Translations under genes and position numbers: made by a program
In this document: in pieces, positions 35,801-50,800 of the stretch
How the letters are laid out: every line of letters starts with the position of its first letter
Position numbering within the stretch: position 1 is the stretch's first letter
Notes under the pieces: model-generated
What the model was told of the DNA's origin: nothing
What the model saw: only the letters and a program-made list of their open reading frames with translations
Database searches by the model: none
NCBI GenBank assembly: GCA_013239625.1
Contig: MU053652.1
Location: 3,957,902-4,021,901 of the forward strand
Source: Lama guanicoe
Taxonomy: Eukaryota
Length of the DNA: 64,000 bases
Direction: 5' to 3'

Positions 35801-38800
35801 GCACTGAAAGCACACATGCTGGTCAGTGCTCTCTCTGGATAGCTGAGCCCAGGCGTGTTGTCTCCTTTGCCTGCAGCAGCAGGCTCTACATGGACCCTGC
35901 TCAAGACTTCTTCCTTCTTTCAATCCAGCAAATAATCTTTTTTTTCCTGGAAGTCCTGTTAGCTCCATGGGCCCCTTTTCAGATTTCCCAGACTTGAGGG
36001 TTTTTTCCTTTAAAGTTCATTTAAAGCAAGTCACCTTCTTTTTCTTCTTCTTTTCTTTTCTTTTTTTTTTGAGGACTCTCCATATAAAGTAAGACACAAA
36101 CTTCTGTGGGGGATATATTTTGTTAACAGCAGCACTTGGCCATATTCTCTTGTTCCTGGTACTTAGCACTATCCAAATCAAGACCTTTACTTATGTTCGG
36201 TTAGCTAAAATCAAAAAGAAAACGTTTGCCCTTGGTTCCACTCTCACAAATAAATATTTCTTTGCATGCACTTTGGGTCTGAAGATTCAGTTCAGGGACC
36301 ACATTCTACTCTTTCAGAGAATCTCTAAGGCAATACAAGGGTTTGTTCTCAAAGATCCATACATAGCTCAGCCTAGTGACCAAGCCAAATAAAAACCCAG
36401 GCTTAAGCCAATTAAGTGGTTATTTAACTCAGATGGTTGTGGAAAGAAAAAACAGAATGTTTCTTCCTTTTGTACAGAGGAAATCAGATTGGTTAGGATC
36501 TGAACACTATAAGAGAGTTAGCTGTTTTAGTCCAATTCTGTTATCCATAGAAGCAAAACCTGAGGCCCAGAAAGAGGAAGGTGGTTTGGCCAAGGTCATA
36601 TGGTAAGTTCCCCAAACAGGGCTTGCACCTAGATCTCCAGTACTCACCGAATTCTAAAACTTTGTCTTTATTTACTATTCATCTTCTGGTTGCACTTCTG
36701 GAGTCCTAGACACAAATTCCTACGAGAAAATTTGGTTTGATTCTCTAATTTCTCAGCTTCTTGCAGACTTAATAGTAGAGAAGTTCTTTCTTATGTCCCA
36801 TTATAATTCTTACTTCAAACAAACAAGAGCAGCAACAACAAAATAGTGAGGTTTCCTGCTTTTAAGGGGAGCGACTGAGCCATTAAAGAGGTGCTTCTAA
36901 GTGTTAAATCTAGTACATTTCAAATCGTCTCAACAGCTTATTGAAGTCTTGAAGTGATGATTACTACTTTCAGACCGAAAACCAGCTCAACGAGAAATTG
37001 AAATTATTAATATTAACTTAGTCTTTTTCAATGAATCTAGAATTTTAGAGTCCAAGGAAAGTTGATGCTCATATAGTGATCCAATCTCTCCTTTTATAGA
37101 TGAAACACCTACAGCTTGCAGGAAACTTGCTCAAGATCACTTCCAGCTGTAGTGGCAAAGCCAGGTCTGTCTGTCTTGTCTATACTACAAAACTAGTCTA
37201 TTTCTTTCCTTTGGGCTTCAGATTTTTCATGCCATGTCAGCCTGGCATTTATTTAAACCTACTTGCAAAAACATTTGCTAGGTTATAATACTTAGAGATT
37301 GAAAACTCACAATAATAGCCATTTCTTGGTAAATGGTTCTTTTAATTTCTTTATTATGGTTCACATAGCTGAAAATGAAGTCATTTTTAGCTTAGATTTT
37401 CTTTTCCTACAGTGTCTTAGAATAATTTCCTTATCATATGGATTTCTGAAAATTAAGTTACTGCTAGATTAAGGACCTAGATCTAGGTATCGTAAGAGAG
37501 TTAACAATTCTCAAAAGTAGTGTGAGGGGGTAACGAGGAAGGAGAAAAGAAAATTTCAAAGTCATTTGGGGAGTTTTAGCAAACTGATTGTGCCCTGGGG
37601 AGGCACCGGGGCATGTAAATTGGAAAATCACCCCAGAGATTCTAATTTCCTTTCAAACCCACTACAGAAATGCTGACCAACAGGGAAATTGATAAAATGC
37701 TAAAAATCCATTTGTCCATGGTCCTTCCTCTGTATAAATACCTCATGGAAAATGGACATATACCTTATGATGTGTTCACATTTTATCTAGGATGGAGAAA
37801 CAATAGTGCTAATGGCATTATTGGTTTTAAATAGTGATGGTGAATGTCAGAGGTCATTCAGCTTTGTATTTACAGAGGTCACAAATCACTGGCTAAATAG
37901 TGTCTGCTAGGAATGCTAGAGAACTTAACACTTGAACAGAAAGAAAACAAAAATCAAAATAATAACAACAAAAGTCTTCTGGGATATCTGTAAATATCTA
38001 GATTTGGAAGTCAGGAAAACTAAATTTGATGAGGATAGATTAAAGGATCAGGTATATAAATTTAAGTTACGTGAATATATTTTCATAGGTCTTTCTGAAT
38101 ATCAATCAAACCCAAATTTGAGGAATGCCAAACATTTCTTTGCAAATGGCTAGTGACCCACTGCTTTAGACAACACTTCACTACTCCACCTGTTTCCCTA
38201 TCAGTAGAGGGTGGGATTGGGAAGATTCTTGGAAACTTCTAGCTCTGATACTCAACAACTCCCAAATAGAATGTATGTTTATTTATAGATTATAAATGCA
38301 TTGTTTTAATAACATGATGTATGTTATAAAGTACACATAAATATAGAAAGTAAAAAGGATATTAATACATTTCAAAGATATGAATAGTCCACCCCTAAAG
38401 CATCACATTGCACATCCTACTCTTCCTATCACTGCTCTAACCAGCCCCTCCCCCACCAGATGCTGAGCTTCCTACAATATTTGTTGAGGCCATACCCACT
38501 GCCTTCTTTGGGAACCTCCTTCTAAGGACCATACCTAACTTCCACACAATCATACATTCACCATCTGTCTCTTATGTTTGGAATTTAATTTGGTTTTTCC
38601 CTAGTTTAGTGGATTGAATTTGAATATAGACTTTTGGAGATCCAGAAATTGTAAGCCTTCCTACACCAGGTGGGTGAGGAAACTGTTCAGTACATGGGTA
38701 AAATGGCCTACTGATGAGCTAAATATTTTGACAAAATGAGAAGACTTTAGAAATTAATGTGCCATTAACGTTGCCTTTATTTCATGCCCATCTTATGTGT

Positions 38801-41800
38801 AGTTGGAGTTCCAAATGAAGTTGAACTCAGTTCAAATCCAGAAAACAGAAAGTATGAATCAAGACTACCTTAGCCAAGTAATTCCACTTCCGGAATCTAT
38901 CTTAAGGAAATAATGAGAGATGAGGTCAAAGATTCATGTGCAAGGATGTTCATTTTGAAATTATACGAAGAACACTGAAATAAACACCCAACAATAGTAG
39001 AAATCAATCATTTAAAAAAATTAAGTAGTGGAATATTATGTGTAGCTATTAAAAATTATGTTCTCAAGAATGCTTAATAAAATCATATTATGAACATTTA
39101 AAATTTTTTTTACATTTTTTATTGATTCATAATCATTTTACAGTGTTGTGTCAAATTCCAGTGTTCAGCACAATTTTTCAGTCATTCATGAACATTTAAA
39201 TTTTATTGTCTGAATTGAAACATGTAAAGTCCTTATTTTCTTAAATAATATGTGTGTGTATATATATATAAGTGAATATATACATATATATGGTTAACTG
39301 CCACAAAATATTAACAGTGGTTATATTTGGGTAATATAACTAGGGTATTTTAATTTTTTCCTCATAATTTTCTGTATTTTTCCAATTTTCTGCAATAGTA
39401 TATATCAATTTTAAAATCAGGAAAATACTTAAAATGTTTAAGAAAATCCTATACACTTAGAGTGCTATATATTTTTTGTGTTTACAATTCACTGAGCCTG
39501 AAAAAGAGATAAGTTTTACTCATATAAACACTAGTCCTTTCTGAGTGCAGAAGCCATCAGTTTAGATAAGTAAACCACTATACTGAGGATCTATGTGGAG
39601 TTAACTTGCTACTTAAATCCATGATTGGGCTCAGGGAAGAACTTCCAAGGTCAAGTAAAAAAAAACAAAAAACTGTGCTTACCAAATAAAACCACCAGAT
39701 GCCACTGTTGCTTCACAGAAGGACAGAAATACCTAGCATAAATCTGTTTTTCATTAAGAATGGACACATGCTTCCACTCTTAGATAATAATAAACACTTC
39801 TCAGAGGCATAACAAGTATTTCGATAATTTTATGCTCATATCCCAAAATGCCAATTGGAAGAGAGATGAAAGTGTAGTTCCTATCGATTCCTCCTTATGG
39901 GATTGAGAAAAGAGGTCATAAAAGCTGACTTTGTTTTGAAATAGCCTACTAATGGTAGAGTTTTAATGCTATCTGTGTAGCACCGTTTCTGTGAGAAAGT
40001 GCATTCCTCATTCCAACTCTGAATGGCAGGGATGCAAGTCTCCACCCTGGCTCTGCTGTTTTCAACTGTGAGGTTTTGGTAGTTAATTAACTTCTGCATC
40101 TATAAAACACTAATGCCAACCTCATACAGTTGTTTTAAAGATTGAATAACATCATAAACAGGGTTAGACAACTTATTACCTCTCCCTGCAGGGGTAAGAG
40201 GCTCCCAGCTTCCTTCACTGCTGAGACCACATCTAAATAAAACACGGACTCTCTGCCTCCAAGGTGCTAGACTTGGTGTCTCAGGACAAGAGTCTTTCCC
40301 TAATTCAGGGTCTGTCATCTAATGAGAAGTAGACCTGACAAGCCACTTTATCCAACAGACCCTCAGGTTTCTTAACTTTGAAATAAGTGGTTGAGCCAAA
40401 TGGCTCTTAGGTCCCCTCCAGCCAAGAATCCTGTGGTTCTATAAAACTTGTGGCACAGAAGGTAACATTCTACTTTCAGAAAAATACTTTTCTGATGTGA
40501 CATTTTGCAGGTATTAAAGTTGGGGGACAAGGGGTGGAGGCACACATGGGTGCGATCATCAGATCATTTATTGAGCTCCTTCCATGTACTGAACATGGTG
40601 CTAGACTCTGGGGATATAAAAATGAAGATGATACTGTCTCTTCCTTTAAGGAGTTTTCAGTCAAGTGGAGAAACAGATATAGATGAAAATTACAGTGCAG
40701 CAGGGTAAGGGTATGGGCTGAGGCATATCTAAGGAGCTGCAGCCACACATGATGAGGTAAACACTCGATCTGCAACATGCTGTTGATCACTCAGTTTCAC
40801 AGGATTCAGAATAACTCTGAGGGATTTTTTCTGATTTGCCTAGAGCTGTTTCCAGCACGAGGAACTTTCTGGGTCATCTTTCTGTGGTCATACCAACTTT
40901 TGCCTCAGAGAGACCTAAGCAAGGTATTTTCTGAAGCACATACTCTTGGGTTTTATAACCGGTATGAAAATGAGAACAGCCTGTAGCATGGCAGACAGAA
41001 GACAGATGATTGCTTTAGGCTAGACCAGAAGAGATTCTCCTGCCATTGAGCACAGATGTTCACGTTCAGTTTCAGTCCCATTATCTTTCTAAATTTCCTC
41101 TCCTCCTTAGTGTTTTTCACTGACCCTTTTCTCTACAAATGCTATACTCAGCTTTTCCAAATCTTTCTCAACTGGGTCAGCAGCTCTGAACCTCTACTGC
41201 CCCTGTGCTCTTGCCAATATGCCTTTATTGACCTGAGACTCCCAAACCAGGGCATTAGGGGGCTGGAGAAGAAAAGGAAGAGCAAATACCAACCTCTGCC
41301 ACCTGGCAATTTCAAAGGCTACCAAATCCCCATCTGCTTACCAGACTCTCCGTAGTAAGCTCCGGCAAATCCTGGATGGTACAGCAAGGGTAATCCAGGA
41401 CCGAGATGCTGCAAGATGCAGAGATAAGGACAGGCTTTAGGTAAATGGCAATGGCAGGAAACAGCTACATCTGAAAGGGCAGGCATTCTCTCTCTTCAGC
41501 AGGCCTCATTCTTGTCCCAAATTGCTTAGTGACTTCAGCTGAAACTGAGGGTTCTGGTGCGAGGCAACACCACACCCAGTTTCCTTTCCTTATAGCCTTG
41601 AGAGGAACCAACACAGTTCTTTCACCCTGGCCCCTACCTGGCAGAGGCAAGAGAAAGCAGAGAGACCCTATATAGCCACCTTTCTCCTCCCCCCTTTTCT
41701 TTTTTAAAGGAATACATAAGCTTGTGTGCATTTGTGTTTGAATTTAAGTGTATGCTAGTGTTTATGCACTAATAAAACTGTGCTCCCAGAGATACTGCTC

Positions 41801-44800
41801 AAACTTATCCCACTTAATAACCACATGTGGATGTGAGGATGAAAAGAAGACCTCTCCTGTGTCTCTTACCAGATGTCCTGAAAGCCAGGAACTCTGGGGA
41901 ATGATCACAGAAGCCACTGCTAGAGGAAGCTTGAGACAGGAGACAGCTTCCTGCAGCAGGGCCAATCTAGTAGCTCAAAAATGGTAATAACATTTGCTCC
42001 CAAAACCGACAGTGGGGAACTGCCAGGGAGCTGGAGTCTCTGTGGTGAGCCCAGGGAAGCAGGCATGAGTCAGTAGGGGAAATAAGGCACTGCATGATGA
42101 CAGGGACACAGTCACTCAAAATGACAGCTCTCTTTTTTTCCTCTTCTCCCTTCTTCATTGGTACAATGCAGAATTTTAGACTCACTAATTTTTAATGCTC
42201 CTTCTGGTTCCAACATTCCATGAGGGTTTAAACACCAATCCATCTGATCTAGAGCAGCTGGAAATGGATAAAGGCTGTTGGCAAAGTAGAGGCTGTAAAG
42301 AGGTATAGGATTCCTTGGACCTGTCTCTACACTTCAAAAGTCAAACCTTCTATCCAAGCAAAAGGCAACAATTTATTGGGCTAGAAACTCTGACTTTTGT
42401 CCAAGGAATCCACATAGATAACCTAAGTGGACCAGGGTAAGAGAGGAGAGGGCTGTGGATCTACCTACAGTGTTGCTCATCATCCTGCTTCACACTACTG
42501 GGCTCTCCCAGGGTTGCCAGATGCATACTGTTTCATTAGGATAAACCTCCTTGGCTGCCTTATCCACTTACCTACCCACCTCCCACTGACAAAGCCCCAT
42601 GGCAAAGTAGGTAGTGGCAACCAGGAAATGAGGGCGAGAAATTAAAGATGGATTTGTTCCAATCTCAGTGTATGAAATTCTAGCCTGAGGGGCTAGATAA
42701 AATAAAGTTACAAGTTTCTAGCCTGACTAGATTGTAAGAGCTGTGAGGAAACTGTGCAAAAATGAGCTGTGGGTCCTCGAGTTCTTGGGATCATGCAACA
42801 GTAAAGCTTATGGGCGATGCACAAGGGGACCTCTGTACCCAGGTCAACCTCAGCTAGAGGTATAGTCTGGCACTACTGCTCCCAGTTCCAAGTTCAACAT
42901 GATGTACACCTACTGGGTTGTCTGTGCCCTGCTTCTAGGCCCATGGTGCAGGGGGTCATTTAGGTCCTGAGCCCTGCTCCCCCCCAGCCACAGTTGATTG
43001 ATCCAAGGGTGGACATCTAACCCCGGGAATGTGGGACAAGGACTGAGAGCCAGTTCAGTGTCTGAAGTGGCACTGGAATGTGTTTAGCTCACGTGGGCGT
43101 ATTTCACCAAGTGGCTCAGTGTGAGGGAAAACCGGAGTGGAGGTACAAAGGCTTGGTGGCTCAGTGGAGGGCTTCCTGGGCTTGCTACACTACAGACCAC
43201 ACCTGAGGCCCAGAGCTACATCTCTGTCATAAGTTCCTCAAGACGACATACCGCCCATTTTCTCCTAGTAAATTCCCATCCTGTGTGAGCCAGGTCGAGC
43301 TGGTTTTGGTTACTTATACGAAGAGGGTTGACTGATACACACAGGTACCTTCATGAAGCTGTGGCCCTTATCCAGCCCAGCTTTCACTTTCATTTTCCCT
43401 GGTAACCCAACTAGCATGTCTTAAGTGACATTTTTAAGGGGGCTGGTACACAAGTTTCTCTGTAATTAGGAAAAAACAAACACTCCAATGCTTCTTCCAA
43501 ACAGGAAAGGTAAAGCTCTCTCATATATGTTTACCTTAACTAATGCTTACAAAAGCTCTTTGATATAGTCAGAGTAGGTATCAGTCTCATTTTAAAGATG
43601 AAAATACTATGGCTCAGAGAAACAAAGTATCTTACACTTGAGATTACACAGCCAGCACCTGGCAGATCCAGGTCAGGAATTCACACCTTGTGACTTCAGG
43701 GTCCCTGAGTGTGTGTCTTAAACCACATATAAGTAGGCTGTCTCTCCAGGGTGGAGTTTCAGGCAGTACTGACAGACATCTCCTTGTTACTCTCCAGTCA
43801 CCTCAAGTGTCAGGTCAGCCTTATTCTACTTTAGGCTTTGCCTCTGGTAAAGCACTTCTGGTAAACTCCACTGATTAACATGCTTCTAGTTTTTGTGAAA
43901 GTAGCAAACTGAGGAGCAAGGATCCTCCCTACTCCTCCCTGTTAACCTCCCAAGTGCCCACTTGGCTGGAACAATCCACAGCAACTGTGATCAGAAAGCA
44001 ATCTGTGTTTTGATCCTGCCTCTGCTGCTTACTTAAGGGGGTCTCGCTAGCATGTTATCCTTAAGCAAGTCAGTTAACCTCTCTGAATTTGTTTCTGAAT
44101 TGGTGAAATGGGAATAAAACTTGATGTGTTATCTCATAGCACTGCTGAGGAGATTAAATGAAATAATGGACATGAAAATACTGTATTTTTTTAAACTACA
44201 AATTGATCTAAGTAAAGGTCTATTATTTACCTTCAGTTACAAATTCTGTGTAACACTACAGTTTACAAAGTAGTGTAACTGATCCAACTTATGACATACT
44301 AAAATCAGGGCTGGCCAGACAAGTAGGCTGCTTCATAGAAAACATTTTCTGGATCCTTCTGCCACAGGGCTGAAATTTCATCGTTGCAGTTTCATTTCTT
44401 TGAGTCATAGCATTTTCAGTTTTCAAAATTATTAAACTATTAAACTATTAAAACACAAATATCCTTGTGAAGAGGCCAAATCATACACCCCATCAGCTAA
44501 CACTTAAAGAAAATTAAATCTGACAGTGACAGTTCTAAGATAGAAGGGACCTGGGACACCAGGAGAACTGAAAGGCAGCTCACAGACAATGCAATTTCTC
44601 ACCAGCCCAAAATAGCCCTTTGAAATAAACCTGTCCAGAGCCCCTACCTGTTTTTGGCAGTGATGTAGGACAAGATATTTTGATTGAAGAACTTCAGGAT
44701 CAATGGAATACAGTTGGCAAATACCAAATGTTGTGATACATATTCAAACTGAATTAAAAAGATAAGCAGAAAGGGAGCTTATTTGAGGGAGAATAGAAGG

Positions 44801-47800
44801 TCTGTATGGAAAAAAAAAGGTGGGGGAAGCAAGTACAATTCTAATACCCATTCCTAAGAATACCCACTGTCTACTTGTGTTATCAGGCTTCCTGTCTGGG
44901 AAGTGGGGAGAACCATCTTCAGCTAGCCCATCCTACGTAGAAAGGGACAATCTGCAGTGTATGTTCACTGCAAGCACCTGACCAAAAGCACAAAACATAA
45001 ACAAGCCAGAAAGAAAATCCACTCTAGATAAATAGAAAGAATTGCTGTGAGATTTGTTCCTAAGCTCTACAGGAAAGGAAGGCTCCGTGAGGGAGTTGTC
45101 TTCCATACCAAAGCTCTGGTTCACAGTATTTCAACTGCGATTGATCTAGCAGGAACAGGTGCAGCCTGGTCCCAGCAAGCGCTGGCATCACTCAGTCAGG
45201 ATGGATACGCACACAGTAACCAAATGAACCACTGGAATGTGGGCTCCAGTGCGAGTCTGGTTCACTGTATTAGCCTTCATACTTACAATATCAGTATTTC
45301 AATGAACGAATCAACAAGAGTCCTTCAGTCAACATATACTGCACTGAGAATAAGTTCAAGATCTCTTTGATGGGCTAAACACCAGAACACAGGACTCCAT
45401 TTTGCTCTCTTGAATTGGGTTGGGGTTTACATCCCGGAAGACCTATTGGGGCAGTGTCATGGAGTTGTGTCACCTGAATTTTGCCCATGATATACACTAA
45501 GGAGCATCTTACTGTTTCCAGATCCAAAACCTAGACTGCTGGGACAGTGCAGAAACTGGGTTGAAAAAGCAGAGAAGTGTAGTGTTTTAAATCCCTTAGC
45601 CATTCCTGATCACCAAGAAGTGGCCCCGGCAGCAGGCTCAGCTGCCCTCAGCCCTAGGTGTGTGGTTGGACGTAAGGAGTCAGCTTGTGTTGCCCATTTT
45701 TCTCTTCTGCTCAAATATTTTTTCCCTGGCAGCTGACCCTGGATATTTTCCAAGGCTTCAGATGAAGGAGCCAATACATACCTACTATCAAGTGATGGAA
45801 AACTTTTTTCAGTTTGAGACATGTCTGTAGCCTTGTCAGGATTCACTGACACATTCTGGCGAGGCCCATTAAGCCACCCACCTGTCTGGCTGTTGATCCA
45901 CATACTGCCCACTAAGAGAAGCAGACAGGAACACACATCCACAGTTCTCTGTTCTTTCTACTAGGCACACTCTCTCTCACTCACCCATCCTTACTCTTCC
46001 CAGCCCTGCTGCTGCTCAGCAAACATTGGCAGAAGAAGGGTGAGCATTCAGAGTACCCTAACACACGCTAAGATGTGTCTGAATGTACTAAAGCGGAGAA
46101 ATATCCTGGTTGTACAGTCGAACCTGCCATGGACACAGACCCTGCAGGGGCTTTCCTGCTGAGGACCTGCTCTTCTACCAACAAGCTTGGTTCTCACTTC
46201 TTAGGAGGAAAATGGGGCAGAGCCTCTGTGCAGGAATGAGAAGACTCCCTCCCCTCTTCATGTCTCACCACAGAGAACATCCATTCACTGCCCCATGTTC
46301 TTCTGTATCTTCGCAATACCTGTAGCCAAGTTCATACTCTTAGCATGGCAAACAGGCCTTCATGGAGAAGCAGGTTCTTATCCTTTCTTAGCCCCAGTGG
46401 ATAAAAGAAGGCTCACTTCATAGAGTTGAGAGAATTAAATGAGATCCCTCATGAGCTTAACAGAGCGCCGGGCACATTGTAAGTACTCAGTAACTGTGTG
46501 CTATCAGATGTATTATGATACATCTGCTGCTCCCTGTTGGCCTCTCCAGCTTCATGTATCACCAGACCTCCCCACCTCCCTCCACCCCAGGCAGAACTAG
46601 GGCTACATTTAATCAGTTTCCAAAGGTACTTTGCTCTCTCCCCTCCGGATTTTCACAAATTAGCTTTTCTGCTTGAAATGCTTCCTGTCCTTCCTGACAA
46701 CTCCTGTATCCTGGATAACATCTGTTTCTTTAGGACTCAGGTTGGAAGTCACCTCTTCTCCACCTCAGGTTGGATTAATTGTTTCCATAGCAGCCAGTGC
46801 TTACCTGTATCACAGTACTTATCACTCATAACTGGCTATTTATATATCTGTATCCGTTACAAAACTTCAAAGCCCTTAAGAGCCAGAACTCTTATACAGA
46901 ATTACATCTCAAATGTTAGAAAAGTGCCTCACATACAGAAAAGCATGCTCAACATACCCACTCCTCTTTTTTTGGTGACATGCTTGAATCCTGTCTTCCA
47001 TTGCTTCAAAGCTGGCTGGGCATATTACCAAGAAGCTAGTGATTCCTACCCTTGGATAATGTTAAAAAAACACAGACAACTGCAGCTTCCTAGGACAATT
47101 CCCCACATCCCACCCAAGCTTGTGCAACAGGTATCTGGATTTCCTGAGACAAAGGAAAGGCTGGAAGATGCTCAGCTGGACTACAAATGCCCTTGTGTTC
47201 CTCCCTTGGGAGACAGGACCTGGAGGACACCTGAGGCCTGTGGAGAAGCCTCCTAGCTGCTCACCTGGTAGATATGGTTCAGTTTGAAGTGTTTGAGGAG
47301 TAGCAGGAGCAGGGCAGAGATACTCTTCACAATGATCTCCTTGTGCCTGTTCACATCAATGCCCAACTTCATGCTCTGGAGAACAGTGATGCTACAATGG
47401 GGAGAGGAAGAGTCAGTGCACAGGGTGGCCTTAGAGAGAGGCCTACAAGGACCCGGGAATTTGGGTCAGACACAATATACACAACAGAGCCAGAACGTGA
47501 GAAACCTGAACTGCGCTAGGGAAACCTCCAGAGTTCCACTTACAAGCCTGTCTGGAGAAAAGCTCCTCTAATCTCTTTGTTTCTCTCCTTTGGCAAGCTC
47601 ATCCCTTGGCAATGTCCACCCACATACCTGTGCAGCCAGTCACTGGCACTGATGTTACCTTCCAGACTCTCATTTCTGAGCTAAAAAGAGCACAGCAGAG
47701 AGCACTGCAGTGGAAAGGGGCTGTTGGTGGCAGAGAGGAGATCTCTTGGAGACCACCCCTGTAAGTGTTAATAAGGTGGAGTGGAGACTAGAGAGACCCT

Positions 47801-50800
47801 GCAGACAAGACAGCTAATGTTCAGCAGCTGCCCCCGTTGAAGCACTCACGGCATCTCCTCAGGCAGGACATCTGCCAGGATATTGATAGAGTCCGTCTTA
47901 GCCTTGGAGGTGGGGGCTGCAGCCAGCAGAATCTTAAGCAGCGCAATCTGGGAAGTAGAAAATGAGGAAATCCATCCCTGTCCATCCCATTCAGCAAGGT
48001 TATTTTTCCACAACTCAGCAGCCCTAGGAGAAGTGTTTTAAAGCCTTCCTGTAAGTTCTTCCCTCAGTGACCAAATCTCCTCAGCCTCCAGAAAGGCAAA
48101 CAGATGCCCAGTCCTGACAGGCCCACCCATGAGGCTTAGGAGCCAGAAGGGAGCTTATGGGCTGTTTGGCTTCAAGACTGCTCTTTCCAAAGAGGATGGA
48201 AGGAGCAGAGTGAGAGGGGTAATGCCTGGAAATGAGGTGGGAAGTTTAAGCAAGGTCTTGCTCCCTGACCCTTTTCCTTCCTTTACTTCAGAACATCAGC
48301 ATTCTCACCGTAGCAGCCGGAGGCTACCTAGGACATGAGACCACGGCAGACCTCAGAAGAAGGCACCGACTTAGGCGGAGGGCCCCCAGTGCATCCTGCA
48401 CGGATCCCACCTCCCTGTCCCCTCCTCCCAAGGAAGGACTTGGGAGTACAGCCAAGTCCTCCTTCCTGGGGGAGGAAACTTGAAGAAAGCTCGGCATTCT
48501 AATGTGTTGGAGAATGCCTTGCCTGAGGGGTGAAGGCTCAGGAAACAAGGTCAAAAGACAGGTGGTTCAGCTTAAAATGGCTCTCAGCTATCTGTTCTGC
48601 GCAGCCAGAAGGGCAGCTCTGGCCCAGCCATCTCCTTACCATGTACTGGGGGAGGCTATACAGCATGCCCTGGTAGAGGATTTCACACGGTGTCTCTGGT
48701 ACCACCTCTTCCCCCTATGGCAAGAAACATACAGTTTGCCCAGGACATTTTCCAGTTGACCAAGACCTGGAGGGTGGCATGAAAAGAGCACTGAGCTGGG
48801 AGTCAGGTCTAGGTTTCTACCTTAGCTGTGTTAATGAGTCATTGTATGACCTTGGGTAAGTTACTTTCCCTCTCTGAGACCTAGTTTCCTCTTCATAGGA
48901 TCAGTGAGCTGGACTGGATCACCTTTAAGGGCTCTTTTAGCCCTGAGAATCTATGATTTTGGTTTTCCCATTATCTGGACTCAATCCAGAATTCTTTCTA
49001 TGTCACTTGCAAGGTCAGGAGTCAGAAATCTCACTGAGAAGTTGGCTCAGACCGTTGTTTTGCTGGACATATATGGGCTTAACTCAGGTCACAGGTATGC
49101 GTGGGACTAGAGTAGATACCCCACACAGAAGCACTTCCTATGGTGTCAATCTGAAGCCATCTGAGAGCTATGGGATGCTATGAAGCCAGAAATGAGAGGT
49201 AGATGACTCAGTAGAGGGGGTTAATAAAGGAGTTGTGTAGCCTATGGCCTGGAAAGGCAGGAAGGAGTATTAGCAGGGAAGATTTTAGGTAGAAACTATT
49301 TTCTTTCCTTCTCCGTTACCCTCTACAACATCCCTTCCTCTTTTCTGACCAGCCCCCTAACACACAACTCTTTGTCCTTTTGATGATCTCATCTAAGCCT
49401 CTTTGAGAGTAGGGAGACATGAGCCTCCAGTGCTCAAGAGGCCACTCAGGCCATTGTCATCTTTGGCCAGTGCAGCCCTTCCTCCCCCCAGGTTCCTCCA
49501 TTACAGGGCAAGGGTCACTGTCATAAGACCCCGAGGCAGGAAGGAGTAACCAGGCCACTTCTATCCCACACAACTGAGCTGCTGCTTAAATGGACACAAG
49601 TCTTAACAACCCGGGAAATTCTGCATATTTGCCTTCTTGCTCTCTAGAAGGCCTATTGCATACCTTCTCCCCTCTCTTTAAACCCCTGCCCCACGGCCCC
49701 TCAACAGTTGCGGACCCTGACTCTCACTTCATGGACAAAACAGAAGCAATCAGACAGGCACAGCTTCATCTCAACACTAAGTCTACCGGAGAGCCTTTCC
49801 CTTCCTTCTGGACATGAAGGGTAAACTGCCTGTGCTCCTATCAAAGGCCAGCCCTCCACTGGTGCTCGAGATCTCACACCCTTTTGCTTCGTTGAATGTA
49901 TCAGTTCTGTAATTTTCTCCTTTTTTTCTGGATCATCCCTTTTAGGACATAAACACACTCCAGTATCTCCTAGCTATAAGACTTTCCCTTGACCCCACAT
50001 CCCCCTTTAGCTACCATCCCTTTTCTACCTTCCTCTTTACAATAAAACTTCTACATGGTTTGTCTATGTTGATTAAGTCTCCCTCCTTTCTTTACATTCC
50101 TTTTTCCATACACTCCAACTAGGCTTCACCCCCATCATTTCACTTGAGGTTACTCTTAACAAGGTCCCCACTTAACACCATGTTGCCAGAGCCATGGTCT
50201 TATCATGCTCCATTCATCAGCAACATGTGACACAGCTGATCATCCTTTTCTTCTTGAAAGACTTTTTCTTAGCTTTTACAGTATCACAACCTCCTGGATT
50301 TCCTCTCACCTCACTGAGTATTTTTCTTATTCTTCTTTTCTGGCTCCTTTCCTGACTCTTCACACCCTCAACATACTGGTGTGCCCCAGCGCTTTGACCT
50401 GGGTTTGAACCTCTTTTCTAACTTTACTCCCTCCTCAGGTTATCTCAGCCAGTTCTGTGGCTTTTTACATTGTCAATGAGCCAACAGCTCCCAAATTTAA
50501 TTCTCTAAGCCAGTCCTCTCTCTAGAACTCTGGACCCATATATCTAATGGCTTGATTATTCCGATGGATGTCTAATGGATGTGGTGTCTAAATGGTGTCT
50601 AAATATGACCAAAATAGAACCCTTAATAAAACAGACCTCTCTACCTTGACAAATGGTACTTATTCTTGATTGCCCTTTTGTCTCTCTATCCACATCCAAT
50701 TGAACTGCAACTCTTGTCAGCTACACCTCCAAAATATAACCCAAATTCATCCATTTTTCCCTTTCTCTGCAATCACTACCCCAGTCCAGGACACCATCAT

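Noticed and set aside
45226..45265. Imperfect hairpin tgaaccactgga...tccagtg...ggttca in intron 16
   Set aside because: Short stem with a large bulge; insufficient for a pre-miRNA call.
46537..47256. Longest ORF in the window (239 aa, + strand)
   Set aside because: TTG start, antisense within STRIP2 intron 16, overlaps L2-like sequence, and has no recognisable domain.
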